From the sequence record OQ603353.1: DNA of 64,000 nt; one strand, written 5' to 3'. A model generated the notes under the pieces. It had not been told where the DNA came from and did no database searches. It saw nothing but the letters and a program-made list of their open reading frames with translations. The number at the start of each line of letters is the position of its first letter. The first letter of the stretch is position 1. The translations under genes were made by a program, and so were the position numbers. Positions 35,939 through 45,927 of the stretch are shown one piece after another.

Positions 35939-38900
35939 ATGCCCTTTCAACGGGTGAAAACCACCAAGTTCAAGAACAAGGTTCCTTCGCATTTGCGGGA
36001 ACTGCATTGTTCACCGTTTGACCTGAGTGTTCCGTATGAGCCCTCGACCAAAGGCAAGCGGTGTCTGATTGTAACGGGTCACGTTTCAAGGCACGACCTT
36101 GAAGCGAATCGCTTGCTTTCCAGCGCTGAGGACAAGCACGCGCTGTCGGTAACTCTCGAAATGGCCCGCAAGTGGGCCAGGCACTTTGCCAAGGATGGGC
36201 AGTCGGTAGAGAACTACTCGTTCTCCACTATCAACTTCAACTACCACAAGAACTATCACCTGTCCTCCGAGCACCACGCTGAGTCTGTCCGCCTGTCGGT
36301 CAAGCGTGTGAAGGAGTACATCGAAGAGGTGAAGCCGGACATCATCTTGGTAATGGGCGACTCTGCATCGCGTCATCTACTCAAGACGAAGACCGGTCAC
36401 ATCAACCACGGCCTTGTCCACAAAATCTCTGTCGGGGATACTGACTACAAGGCGATCCCTACGATTGAACTGTCTACGCTCACTATGGATCCGTATATGG
36501 AGAATGGTGAGAAGTACGAGATTGCCAAAACCAATCTCTTCATGTACGCGGTTCGGACGATCTCCAGCATCTACCTCGGCAAGCCGTGCGTAAGCTTGAA
36601 GGGCGTGAAGCCCAACGCGGTATTCGTCAATACGATGAAGCGCTTCAAGAAGATGATGACCGAGGTGTCCGCAGCCTCTGCCGTCTCTGTCGATACTGAA
36701 ACCATCGGCTTGAAGGTGCTGGACAACGACATTCTGACCATCCAGTTTGCCACTAGCTCCGAGAAGGGTTACGTCCTCGCGCTCAAGCACAAGGACTGTC
36801 CGTTCAACGCCAAGGAACTGAAATACATCTACGCGGAGCTGCGCAAGTTCTTCTCGCAGAAGCGACTGCCGCATAAGAAGTGGAAGAAGCAGCCGTATCT
36901 CATCATGCAGAACGGCAAGTTTGACTTGCGCGTGCTCCGAGAAGACCTCAAGGTTCCCTGCATCCAGATGCCGGTATGGGACGTGCTCGCTGGCGAGTTC
37001 GTGCTGGATGAGAACCTCATCGACCTCCGAATCCACACTGACCTCAAGGGTGCGTGGGGCTTGGAAGTTATGTCGGCCCGATACAACAACACGTGGTATC
37101 AGACCGCTGAATTCGGTAAGGCAGATCGCGTCACCATCAAGGAAGTGTCGCTGAACCAAGCGGAACTTGACTACTGCGCAATGGACGTGCAGATGCCGTT
37201 CGCTATCCATCTGGCCCAGCAGAAGATCGCACAGGCAATGGAACACGAAGGCGGAAACTATCTGGCGGACTACCGCCGCATGATGCTTGTCCAGATGAGC
37301 AACATGGTGCACCAGCTTTCATCCATGAAGCAGCGTGGTATGCCGCTGGATATGAACTACCTCATGCTGCTGCGTAGCAAGGCCAGTCCGCTCCGCAAGA
37401 TGATTGTTGAGGTGGAGAAGAAGCTCAAGGAAATGCCGAACGTAAAGAAGGCCAACTCCATGTTGCTTTCGGAACGGGGCGCACCCTCCAAGGGCCTGTT
37501 TGGTGCAGTCACTAGCTGGATGTTCGACCTCGGCAAGTCTGCTCACAAGATTCTTCTCTTCATCGACTTGCTCAAGCTCAAGCCCGTCAACTATGGCAAG
37601 GATGGCACGACGCCTGCGATTGACAAGGTGTTCCAAGGTGTCTACGCCGACGTGCCGGAAGTCGCAGTGCTGACTGAACGCTCGAAGATCAAGAAGCTGG
37701 ATGACAGCTACGGTAAGGGCATCTGGAATCAGGTCAAGGCAGACCCTGACGTGAAGAAGGACGGACGTATTCGACCCGAGTACGGCTTCCTGCTGGTGAC
37801 TGGCCGTACTAATTGTACCGGTCCTAACCTACAGCAGATTCCGGAGCACGGTAAGCTGGCGCCAATCATCAAGCGCCTGTTCTACGCACCCGAGGGCACG
37901 CTGCGCATCAAGTTCGACTTCTCGGTGCACGAAGTTCGCGGCTGGGGTATCGTGGCTAACGATAACGTCCTCCTGAGCACCTTCAACAACATCAACGATC
38001 TTGTGCTGCGCTTCCGTAAAAAGAAGAATCCCACTGAGGCAGACAAGACCGAGGTGGAAGTCAAGGGCGACATGCACAAGCTGAACTACTCGGCGTTTAC
38101 TGGCGTGCCGGTGGAGAAGGTAACGAAGGAAGAACGTCAGGGCGCGAAGGGTATTACCTTCGGTTCGATTTACGGCCAGTCGGTGAAGGCTCTTGCCGAG
38201 ACGTTGAAGAAGACTGTCAAGGAAGCGCAGGAACTGACTGATCGGTTCTTCAAGAAGTTCAGCATGGCGAAGAAGTGGCTGGATCGAGTCGGTGAACAGG
38301 CGGTCAAGCGTGGTTACGTTACGAGTCCGCTGGGCCGTCGCCGTAACATGTGGGCAGGCATCCTCGGCTACGAGCGTCTGCACAATGCGTTGAAGCGTCG
38401 TGGTCAGAACAGCCCGATTCAGGGTATGTCGTCTGACATTGCAATTGACGCAGCCCGATTGATGGAAGAAGCGATCTACGATTTCCTGCTTGATATGGAT
38501 GAACTGCCGGAAGAGTGCAGCCGTCCGCCGATGGGTGTGTGCGCAATGGTGCATGACGCCACGGAAGCCGAAGCCCAGTATCGTCACGTGATGGCGCTGA
38601 TTTGGATGATGGAATACTTCGCCATCCACGGTGTCCGCAAGTTCCTCAAGGACGTGTTCGACCTTGAAACGCATGTGGACTTCGCAATCGAATTCGCTGT
38701 TGGCGCACTCGGTAGCGAAATGCGCAAGTGGGACTGGACCCAGGAGTGTCTGTACGACATTATCTATAAGGCATTGCAGGATCAGAAAAACGAACTCAAG
38801 TTCAAGGTCGATCCTGACACCGAGATTCTCAACATCTACAAGTGGGGTGCCAAGTATGCGCCAGAACTGCGCAAGCGCTTCCCCCTGCCTGTCGAACCGG

Positions 38901-39010
38901 ACTTCGATTATCCTGCCAAGCGTAAGGAAGCCAAGAAGGCTACCGACAAGCTGCTGGACAAGGTAAAGAAGAAGGGCAAGAAGGACAAAAAGAAGAAGGA
39001 GAAAGCATGA
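35939..39010 (+). CDS. polA: Family A DNA polymerase with N-terminal UDG-like domain and 3'-5' exonuclease
   Basis: Exonuclease motifs VDTET, NGKFD and YCAMD; polymerase motifs TGR..C..PNLQQIP, DFSVHEVR (A), RQGAKGITFGSIYG (B) and VHDA (C). Confidence 0.92.
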   Translation: MPFQRVKTTKFKNKVPSHLRELHCSPFDLSVPYEPSTKGKRCLIVTGHVSRHDLEANRLLSSAEDKHALSVTLEMARKWARHFAKDGQSVENYSFSTINFNYHKNYHLSSEHHAESVRLSVKRVKEYIEEVKPDIILVMGDSASRHLLKTKTGHINHGLVHKISVGDTDYKAIPTIELSTLTMDPYMENGEKYEIAKTNLFMYAVRTISSIYLGKPCVSLKGVKPNAVFVNTMKRFKKMMTEVSAASAVSVDTETIGLKVLDNDILTIQFATSSEKGYVLALKHKDCPFNAKELKYIYAELRKFFSQKRLPHKKWKKQPYLIMQNGKFDLRVLREDLKVPCIQMPVWDVLAGEFVLDENLIDLRIHTDLKGAWGLEVMSARYNNTWYQTAEFGKADRVTIKEVSLNQAELDYCAMDVQMPFAIHLAQQKIAQAMEHEGGNYLADYRRMMLVQMSNMVHQLSSMKQRGMPLDMNYLMLLRSKASPLRKMIVEVEKKLKEMPNVKKANSMLLSERGAPSKGLFGAVTSWMFDLGKSAHKILLFIDLLKLKPVNYGKDGTTPAIDKVFQGVYADVPEVAVLTERSKIKKLDDSYGKGIWNQVKADPDVKKDGRIRPEYGFLLVTGRTNCTGPNLQQIPEHGKLAPIIKRLFYAPEGTLRIKFDFSVHEVRGWGIVANDNVLLSTFNNINDLVLRFRKKKNPTEADKTEVEVKGDMHKLNYSAFTGVPVEKVTKEERQGAKGITFGSIYGQSVKALAETLKKTVKEAQELTDRFFKKFSMAKKWLDRVGEQAVKRGYVTSPLGRRRNMWAGILGYERLHNALKRRGQNSPIQGMSSDIAIDAARLMEEAIYDFLLDMDELPEECSRPPMGVCAMVHDATEAEAQYRHVMALIWMMEYFAIHGVRKFLKDVFDLETHVDFAIEFAVGALGSEMRKWDWTQECLYDIIYKALQDQKNELKFKVDPDTEILNIYKWGAKYAPELRKRFPLPVEPDFDYPAKRKEAKKATDKLLDKVKKKGKKDKKKKEKA

Positions 39011-39561
39011 TTGCTCCAATGACTGTGCGCGTAGGGGATGAGGAATTCCCTATGCGCGACCTGTTTGCCAGCGAACAGTCGGTGTTTCAGCAGCAGATTG
39101 ATGCAGTTACCTCAGCGTTGCAGGTCACGGAATTCGATCTGCTGCGCCGAGCAGAGACGCTATTCAATCAACGCTTGCAGCACCGATTCTCCAAGTCGCA
39201 GAACCTCAGCTACGAAAAGCGAGTCTACCCTGCTTTCGGTCCAGAAGAATTCATGAAGGTGGCGGCTACTGGCTGGGCAGAAGCAGACAAGTCCATGTGG
39301 ATGGAAGCCGCCCGAAGGGCTTATCTCAACGATGCCATCAATGCGCTCGGTGGGGTGAACTACTCCAACGTTCCTTGCCCGCACCCTGACCCATTCGTCA
39401 CCTACACGCACGGAGCGAACACGGGCGGATGGTCTACCAACGGTGACCGGTACTGGACAGACTTCCACTGCCATGCGTGCGTCAAGAGTTGGCGCATGGA
39501 GGAAACCTACAATCCGAATCGCCATTCGAGGTACGGCCTAGATGAAAGCGCAGCTGTCTGA
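39007..39561 (+). CDS. Hypothetical protein with Cys motifs
   Basis: ATGA overlap with the polymerase; CPHP...CHAC. Confidence 0.65.
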   Translation: MIAPMTVRVGDEEFPMRDLFASEQSVFQQQIDAVTSALQVTEFDLLRRAETLFNQRLQHRFSKSQNLSYEKRVYPAFGPEEFMKVAATGWAEADKSMWMEAARRAYLNDAINALGGVNYSNVPCPHPDPFVTYTHGANTGGWSTNGDRYWTDFHCHACVKSWRMEETYNPNRHSRYGLDESAAV

Positions 39562-40441
39562 AATCTTCCTGAGCGTTGAGGGCGAAGGCCCTTTGCTGGG
39601 ATGCCCCATGTTGTTCATTCGCATGTTCTCATGCAATTTGACGTGTCCTGGGTTCGGTGGGCACGCAGGTAAGCAGCAGTATGAAAGCGTTGCTTCGCTG
39701 AATGACGTGGTGCCTGCTGCTACCGGGTGTGATAGTGCGTATGCGTGGCATCCTTCCTTCAAGAATCTTCGGCAGCCCATCACTGTCGAGGACATGGTGC
39801 AGCAGATCATCGCTGCACTGCCGGGAGGCAAGTTCTTCTACCCAAGCGGCACTCCGATCGTTCTGTGCTGGACGGGCGGCGAGCCCCTCATGTGGCAGCC
39901 TTTCATTCAAGCAGTGATGACGCACCCAGATATGCCACCTGTGGATAGGGTGCTGTTTGAAACCAACGGTACGCTGCTGTGGTCGATGGATCACAACAAT
40001 TGGTCGGGATACCCCACTGTCCAACTCAGCATCAGCCCCAAGCTGACCAATAGTGGGGAGACGTGGGAACGTCGGTACAAGTACAAGGCGTTGATGAGTT
40101 ACGTTGAGCACATTCCGGCTAACGATATTTACCTCAAGTTCGTCAGCAATGGCAGTGAGGAATCCTTCGAGGAAATCAATCGTTGGCTGGATCAGGTCAA
40201 GACTGACGTGCATGCGCAGATGGATATTGCGGGCATTGACGAAGAACACGAAATGTATGATGACTTCCACACGCACATGCACGACCGCAGGATACTGCCC
40301 GTGTACGTGATGCCGGAAGGAGTCTACAAGGAGCAATGTAGGGAAGTGCAAGGCAAGGTTGTGCAAATGTGCATGCAGCACGGGTACAACTTCACCCCAC
40401 GCGCTCATCTTGAACTATTTTCAGAGCTAATTGGGACTTAG
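39542..40441 (+). CDS. queE: QueE-like radical SAM 7-carboxy-7-deazaguanine synthase
   Basis: EIFLSVEGEG..G....FIR...CNLTC...CDS..AW, WTGGEP, FETNGT, SISPKL. Confidence 0.8.
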   Translation: MKAQLSEIFLSVEGEGPLLGCPMLFIRMFSCNLTCPGFGGHAGKQQYESVASLNDVVPAATGCDSAYAWHPSFKNLRQPITVEDMVQQIIAALPGGKFFYPSGTPIVLCWTGGEPLMWQPFIQAVMTHPDMPPVDRVLFETNGTLLWSMDHNNWSGYPTVQLSISPKLTNSGETWERRYKYKALMSYVEHIPANDIYLKFVSNGSEESFEEINRWLDQVKTDVHAQMDIAGIDEEHEMYDDFHTHMHDRRILPVYVMPEGVYKEQCREVQGKVVQMCMQHGYNFTPRAHLELFSELIGT

Positions 40442-40442
40442 T

Positions 40443-40931
40443 ATGAAGCTGTCAATGATCGCCGCCGTGTCAAAGAACGATTGGGTTATCGGGCAGGATG
40501 GTCAGTTGCCTTGGCACATCCCCTCGGACCTTGAGTTCTTCAAGGAGTACACGCAAGGTAAGGCCGTAATCATGGGTAGGCGCACGGCTCAAAGCCTGCG
40601 CCGTGCATTGCCCAAGCGAACCAACGTCGTTATCTCTTCGGGATACGAACGTGAAGGATTCACTACGGTCCGTAATTTCCTTGCAGCCCTAGATGCTGTT
40701 CCTGCTGGTCAGGACGCAGTGATTATCGGTGGTCATCACGTGTACGCCACCGCGATGCCTGTGGTATCCGAAGTGTGCATCAGTTGGGTCCATCACGTTC
40801 GCCCGTCCGCGCCAGATGCTTTCTTCCCTGACACCTTCCGTGACTTCAAATGGAAGGCTATTTCTGAGGAACTCATCCGAGACACGCGTGACGAATTTCC
40901 GTACACTCGGACGATCTACCGCAAGGTGTGA
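40443..40931 (+). CDS. folA: Dihydrofolate reductase
   Basis: IAAV....VIG..G.LPWHIPSDL..FK..T.GK.VIMGR.T..SL..ALPKR.N.V, IIGG, D.FFP. Confidence 0.95.
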   Translation: MKLSMIAAVSKNDWVIGQDGQLPWHIPSDLEFFKEYTQGKAVIMGRRTAQSLRRALPKRTNVVISSGYEREGFTTVRNFLAALDAVPAGQDAVIIGGHHVYATAMPVVSEVCISWVHHVRPSAPDAFFPDTFRDFKWKAISEELIRDTRDEFPYTRTIYRKV

Positions 40932-40940
40932 CGTTCCCTG

Positions 40941-40951
40941 TCCTGTAAATA
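40941..40951 (+). promoter_or_regulatory. Candidate middle promoter TCCTGTAAATA
   Basis: Intergenic, 38 nt before the clamp gene start. Confidence 0.6.
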
Positions 40952-40978
40952 TAGATACACGCAATAACTGGAGAAGTC

Positions 40979-42046
40979 ATGCAGGCTACCGTCGGTGTAA
41001 AAGAACTCACCAAAGCAATCTCGCAAGTAAAGAACCTGACTGGCGCGGAACACATCAGCATGATCGCGGACCCCGCTGGTCTGCACGTGTGCGCGGCTGG
41101 TAACGGTGTCAACGTGTCACTGACGCTTGAAGCCGAAGTGCGTAACAATGGCAAGGTCACTCTGGATCACCTGCTGCTGTCGGGTGTCATCAAGGGACGC
41201 AAGAAGGTCGAAATGACCTTGAAGTCCAGCGACCTGAGCTTCAAGGAAGTGGATGGTCGGAAGTACAGCGGCAACATCGTCGTGCTGCCGTTTGAAGACG
41301 TGATGGTCAACGATGCGTCGAGCAAGCCGATCAAGATCAGTTCGGACGCACAGGCCACCCTGAATCAGGCAGTGGAGTTGGTCGGCCTGACCAACATCTA
41401 CACTGACGATCCGATGTATGTGTGGGTCATCAGCACGAAGAAGGCAACTACGGTTACTTGCTTCGATGACTTCCACATGGCGCATTACCACAACCCGAGC
41501 ATGTCGCTGGGTCAAGTGGAGTTCCAGCTGTCTCTCGCCACGTTCAAGACGCTCAACACCCTGAGCAACGGCAAGAGCTACAAGCTGGAATTGAACGATG
41601 GTACGCTGACGGCATACAACGATGCGTTCAAGGCCAACATGCCACTGACGCAGAGTGAATCGTCGCTGACCCCGGATCAGGTGAAGCAGCTGCTGTCGAA
41701 CCTCAAGACCGATGGTTACTTCGAGGTGGAGCGCGATACCTTCCAGACCATTCTGGAGAACGCCGCTAGTGCGTATGAAGGTAACAATACCCCGTTGACC
41801 ATTTCGTCTAACGCCAAGAAGAAGCTGGAGCTGGCGATCAAGGGCAACTACGTCAACATGCGGGAAGTGCTGCCGAACAAGCACAAGATCAAGAAGCCGC
41901 TACAGCTGGACCCGTCCCTGATGCTGGACATTATGGAGCATGTGGAAACCAAGGAAGTGAAGGTGGAAATCGTCACCGACAAATCGCTGTTCATTCGTCA
42001 AGAACTTGGTGCTGCTACCGTCGTGTACGCGGGCTCCCTGATCTAA
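40979..42046 (+). CDS. DNA polymerase sliding clamp (beta-clamp/DnaN-like)
   Basis: 355 aa with a three-domain beta-clamp-like pattern; TCFDDFHMA resembles the DnaN ATDGHRLA motif; replication context. Confidence 0.65.
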   Translation: MQATVGVKELTKAISQVKNLTGAEHISMIADPAGLHVCAAGNGVNVSLTLEAEVRNNGKVTLDHLLLSGVIKGRKKVEMTLKSSDLSFKEVDGRKYSGNIVVLPFEDVMVNDASSKPIKISSDAQATLNQAVELVGLTNIYTDDPMYVWVISTKKATTVTCFDDFHMAHYHNPSMSLGQVEFQLSLATFKTLNTLSNGKSYKLELNDGTLTAYNDAFKANMPLTQSESSLTPDQVKQLLSNLKTDGYFEVERDTFQTILENAASAYEGNNTPLTISSNAKKKLELAIKGNYVNMREVLPNKHKIKKPLQLDPSLMLDIMEHVETKEVKVEIVTDKSLFIRQELGAATVVYAGSLI

Positions 42047-42047
42047 G

Positions 42048-42449
42048 ATGATAGACCTGTCAGTTGCTACATTCCAAACTGACTGCTTCTATAGGATCGG
42101 TGCTTACTACGTCCTCCTTAACGTACCTTGCGCGCTACCTGTCCACGTCCAACCCAGCCCGCATTTGCAGCTGGGTTGGGTTCGTGTGAATACGCTGCAC
42201 CTCGGTGAAGGCGGGATGCAGGTAGGGTATGCCATCGAGGCTACGGGTAAGGTAAAGCGAGACACCTATTTCCTTTTGGCGGCTAGAAAGTCAGTAGCTA
42301 AGGTTCCGATCAAGGAACTAGAGAAGCAGAAAGGATACCCGGAGCTACGTTACAAGCTACCCGGCATCAAGATTCTGACCACACCCCATACAGTGCTTTT
42401 CCTGAGCACAAAACCTTTAGACATTACGGAACATTTGGACAACCCATGA
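42048..42449 (+). CDS. Hypothetical protein
   Basis: 133-aa ORF tightly packed in the operon. Confidence 0.6.
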   Translation: MIDLSVATFQTDCFYRIGAYYVLLNVPCALPVHVQPSPHLQLGWVRVNTLHLGEGGMQVGYAIEATGKVKRDTYFLLAARKSVAKVPIKELEKQKGYPELRYKLPGIKILTTPHTVLFLSTKPLDITEHLDNP

Positions 42450-43126
42450 GCAAGACTCTTGCTGGAATTCCAGCTACGAAGGAACAGTTGAAGGATGCGT
42501 ACACGGTGATCGTCAATCACCTGCGCAGTAACACCAAGAATCCGGAACTGCTGGCGAATTTTGTTGGCACCGAAGATCGCGCTGTACGCGCTCTGATTGA
42601 AACCTGTCTGAGCGATGATGAAATCTCCAAGCTGCTCGCTCCGATCGTGGCTGTGGAATTCCCGGTCAGCCGTCATAAGCCCAAGGCACGTGGTCAGCGT
42701 GTCCCCGCCGGTTCCGTTACTCAGGGCCCGATCACTGTCAACTCCTGCTGCCCGCACCACCTGATGCCGGTTCGATACCATGCACACGTGGCGTACATTC
42801 CGGGTGACAATGGCGGCGTGCTTGGGCTGTCCAAGCTTGCTCGCATCTGCAAGCTGCTGGGTCGCCGCCCCGTCCTGCAAGAACAGCTTGCCGAAGACAT
42901 TGCGGATGTGCTGTTTCTGACTAACGGCGAAGGCGCATTCCCCTCCCTCGCAAGTGCTGGCGCGGCTGTGTCACTGGTCGGTATGCACACCTGCATGGCC
43001 TGCCGTGGCGTTGAAGAGAACGCGCTCACCTCGGTCACTGCTCTGCGCGGCGACTATTGGGAGCCTGAAATGGAACAGAAGTTCCAGAACTCGGTGCAAG
43101 GTATCAAGACCACCAATCTGCGGTGA
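42446..43126 (+). CDS. folE: GTP cyclohydrolase I
   Basis: SCCPHHLMP, VAYIP, GLSKLAR, RRP.LQE.L, HTCMACRGV. Confidence 0.92.
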   Translation: MSKTLAGIPATKEQLKDAYTVIVNHLRSNTKNPELLANFVGTEDRAVRALIETCLSDDEISKLLAPIVAVEFPVSRHKPKARGQRVPAGSVTQGPITVNSCCPHHLMPVRYHAHVAYIPGDNGGVLGLSKLARICKLLGRRPVLQEQLAEDIADVLFLTNGEGAFPSLASAGAAVSLVGMHTCMACRGVEENALTSVTALRGDYWEPEMEQKFQNSVQGIKTTNLR

Positions 43127-43680
43127 CCAACATGGCCGGTAAGCGCAAGAGCACGAAAGGCATCAAGTTCAAGCCGCAGCCCGTGGCGAAAGCCCCTGCT
43201 GGGTTGGAGGACGATGCAACGTATCAGAAGTACACCCGAGTCGTTAAGAATTGCACCCTTGACATTCCGGCCCTGTACGCCGAGTTGACCACCATCCACT
43301 CCTCGCGTCCCATGCGTACTGCTACTACGCCGGGACCGAAGAAGGCTGCCAAGTTCTCCATGCAAGAGACGGCCCATCGTAGCCGTCTCGTTGAAATGCG
43401 TCAGCTGGCTGCATACGAATTCGCGGTCCTTGATATGGGCCACGGCGCAATTCAGGATCACATTACCCACAAGCACCCCGACCTGATCGGTGGGCGCACT
43501 GTGGATGATCGGAATCGCGCTATGCGTCGTCTGCTACACAAGGGCGAGCGCAGATTGAAGGAATTGGAAGCAGTCATCGAAGCCATTGATTTTGTGATCG
43601 AAGACATTGATAAGGCCGGCTTCTCCTTGCATCGGACCATCGAGGCTTTGGCCATCACCAATAAGGGGGAATACACCTAA
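43123..43680 (+). CDS. Hypothetical protein, possibly UvsY-like recombination mediator
   Basis: Helical; C-terminal IEDIDKAGFSLHRTIE resembles the UvsY C-terminus; adjacent to a UvsW-like helicase. Start could be ATG 43132. Confidence 0.5.
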   Translation: MTNMAGKRKSTKGIKFKPQPVAKAPAGLEDDATYQKYTRVVKNCTLDIPALYAELTTIHSSRPMRTATTPGPKKAAKFSMQETAHRSRLVEMRQLAAYEFAVLDMGHGAIQDHITHKHPDLIGGRTVDDRNRAMRRLLHKGERRLKELEAVIEAIDFVIEDIDKAGFSLHRTIEALAITNKGEYT

Positions 43681-45293
43681 TGGGTAAGAAGATTCCCTCG
43701 GTAACTGTAGTGGCGCTCGACCGCTTCTACGTGCCGGAGAATCGGGTTGATCCTGAGAAGCTAGAGAGGCTGTACCACAAGACGGTGTTCAACGACAACG
43801 GGTGTCGAAAGTGTGAGTTCCGCGAGGAACGACTCACTGACGAATGCCTTGAGTGTGAGAACCTCGTTGGCGACTTCACTTTCTGGAATACCAAAGAAAT
43901 TGATGGGAAGCCGCACATCGGACTTCCTGTTGGGCACCACAAGGCCCTGAGTGAGTTGATGGATGGGTACCGCCTCATCCTAGACGAACGACGTGCCAAG
44001 GGGCGTAAGCTACATCCCGATCTTAGCTTCGACTACAAGCTGCTGCACAAGTTCCAGAAGGGTGCTATCAAAGACCTGAAAAGCACAGGGCACGGTCAGC
44101 TGGAGAGTCCGCCGCGTTCGGGCAAGACGGTCATGGGCACTGCGCTGATTTTCAAGAAGGGCCGAAAGGCCCTAATCCTCGTTCATCAAGAGGATTTGGC
44201 AGAGCAGTTCATCGAAACGTTCCGCAGCAAGAAGCCGAAGTTCACCAACATCGCTGACATTGAGAAGATGGAGAAGCGGGAGTTGGTGGGTATCGCACGT
44301 AAATACGAACAGTTCAAGCAGTACGACATTGCGGTAGCTACCTATCAGACGTTCCTGTCTCCGGGTGGCCGCAAGCTGCTGCGGAAGATTCGCCGCCTGT
44401 TCGGCATTATCATGGTGGATGAGGTGCACCGTGCAGGTGCATCAGGTTACGCCAAGGTCATCAACTCGTTTGAGTCTCGCAGCCGCTACGGACTGTCGGG
44501 TACGATTGAGCGAAAGGATGGCCGTCACGTGCTGCCTCGTTATATCATCGGTCCTGTCGCGCACAAGACTGAGGTGGAGACGATGGCACCGAAGATCGAC
44601 GTGATGGATTCGGGCTTCTCAAGCAACAAGAACTACAATCTCTGGACCTACGCCATGAAGGCGTTGGAAAAGGATGCGAAGCGGCAAGCCTTGATTGTGA
44701 ACGAGGCGATTGCGATGATGAAGTCCGATGGTGGGCGTAGCATCCTGATCCCGGTCACGTTTGTCAATCAGGCAATCCAGATTCGTGATGCGATCAATCG
44801 TAAAATGGGTAAGAAGGTCGCAATCGAATTCACGGGGCGACAGGGCAAGAAGCAACGTCGTCAGATCATTCTGGATGCCCGAGAGGGTAAGTACAAGTGT
44901 GTCATTGCGATGCGCCAGCTGCTTACGGGTGTGAACGTTCCCATCTGGAGTGGCCTGCTAGAGTGCATGCCTATGAACAATCCTCCGAACTTCGTGCAGG
45001 AGTTCAATCGAGTTTGTACGCCGCACCCAAGCAAGCCTGCCCCGGTTGTCAAGTTCCTCATTGATGACTTCTCGCCGTCTCGGAATTGCGTCATCAACAT
45101 GTTTGACGTTCTTGTAAACTACAGTCAGCAACGGAAGGCTAAGAAACAAAAGCCGCTTGACTTCACGCCGCAGGGCCTTGACGTGATCGCACGTCATCGG
45201 GCACTGAAAGGCAACAGGTATCAAGCCAAGTTGAAGAGAGCGGGCCAATGGGATCAGGTAGACAACCCACGCCCGTACCGTACCGATTACTAG
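43680..45293 (+). CDS. SF2 DNA helicase (UvsW-like)
   Basis: SPPRSGKT, MVDEVH, GLSGT, LTGVNVP, QEFNRV. Confidence 0.85.
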   Translation: MGKKIPSVTVVALDRFYVPENRVDPEKLERLYHKTVFNDNGCRKCEFREERLTDECLECENLVGDFTFWNTKEIDGKPHIGLPVGHHKALSELMDGYRLILDERRAKGRKLHPDLSFDYKLLHKFQKGAIKDLKSTGHGQLESPPRSGKTVMGTALIFKKGRKALILVHQEDLAEQFIETFRSKKPKFTNIADIEKMEKRELVGIARKYEQFKQYDIAVATYQTFLSPGGRKLLRKIRRLFGIIMVDEVHRAGASGYAKVINSFESRSRYGLSGTIERKDGRHVLPRYIIGPVAHKTEVETMAPKIDVMDSGFSSNKNYNLWTYAMKALEKDAKRQALIVNEAIAMMKSDGGRSILIPVTFVNQAIQIRDAINRKMGKKVAIEFTGRQGKKQRRQIILDAREGKYKCVIAMRQLLTGVNVPIWSGLLECMPMNNPPNFVQEFNRVCTPHPSKPAPVVKFLIDDFSPSRNCVINMFDVLVNYSQQRKAKKQKPLDFTPQGLDVIARHRALKGNRYQAKLKRAGQWDQVDNPRPYRTDY

Positions 45294-45300
45294 GTGACAA

Positions 45301-45906
45301 GTGAAGCTAACCCTAAAGAAAAGTGAGCTTCGGAATCTGCGGCTGGAGCGAGTGCCCCTGCCGCAGTTCTCCACCCTCGACGTAGACGCGGAACGCATCG
45401 TCTCCAAGTCAGGAAATGGCAAGGTTCGTACCATCAAGCCAAAGGCACAGTTGGACGCGCTCGCCAAATTCGCTCCGCAACTAATTTCAAACTATACGTT
45501 CTGCATCAGCGGCACTGGCACCGACAGCACTGCCAAGTTCGTTGCTGCATGGATGTACGCCCAGCTTCTGACCGCCTACAAAGAGCTTGCCTCCAAAGAG
45601 GCGTTCGCCTTTGGCAAGCCGGTGTGGCACACCCTGACAGGCAGCTTTAAGGATGAGTACCGTGATGAGCGTAGGCATGGCAAATCCAAGCCAAGTGCTT
45701 TCATCCTGACCAACGTTCCATCCGACAGTAGCCAGATCAAGATCGAGAAGCTGCGAGACATTCTGGAACTGTATAACGACGTGCCTCGCATTGTCGTTAC
45801 AACGGGTATGGACCCCGTTGAATTCTTCACCAACAAATTGCACTTCCCCTTGAATGGCGGCATCATGGTTGCCAACAAGAGCCGGCGTGTTACTGAGTCT
45901 ATCTAA
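45301..45906 (+). CDS. Possible degenerate DnaC-like helicase loader
   Basis: GTG start; eroded P-loop (CISGTGTDS) and the ILTNV...LRDILE...IVVTT pattern; directly upstream of DnaB. Confidence 0.45.
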   Translation: MKLTLKKSELRNLRLERVPLPQFSTLDVDAERIVSKSGNGKVRTIKPKAQLDALAKFAPQLISNYTFCISGTGTDSTAKFVAAWMYAQLLTAYKELASKEAFAFGKPVWHTLTGSFKDEYRDERRHGKSKPSAFILTNVPSDSSQIKIEKLRDILELYNDVPRIVVTTGMDPVEFFTNKLHFPLNGGIMVANKSRRVTESI

Positions 45907-45927
45907 GTAGACTCACAGGAGATTCCA

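Noticed and set aside
20053-45489. Further TAATTT matches at about 20053, 40673 and 45482
   Set aside because: They lie deep inside coding sequences, explained by codons such as F-N-F, R-N-F and L-I-S, and are not near gene starts.
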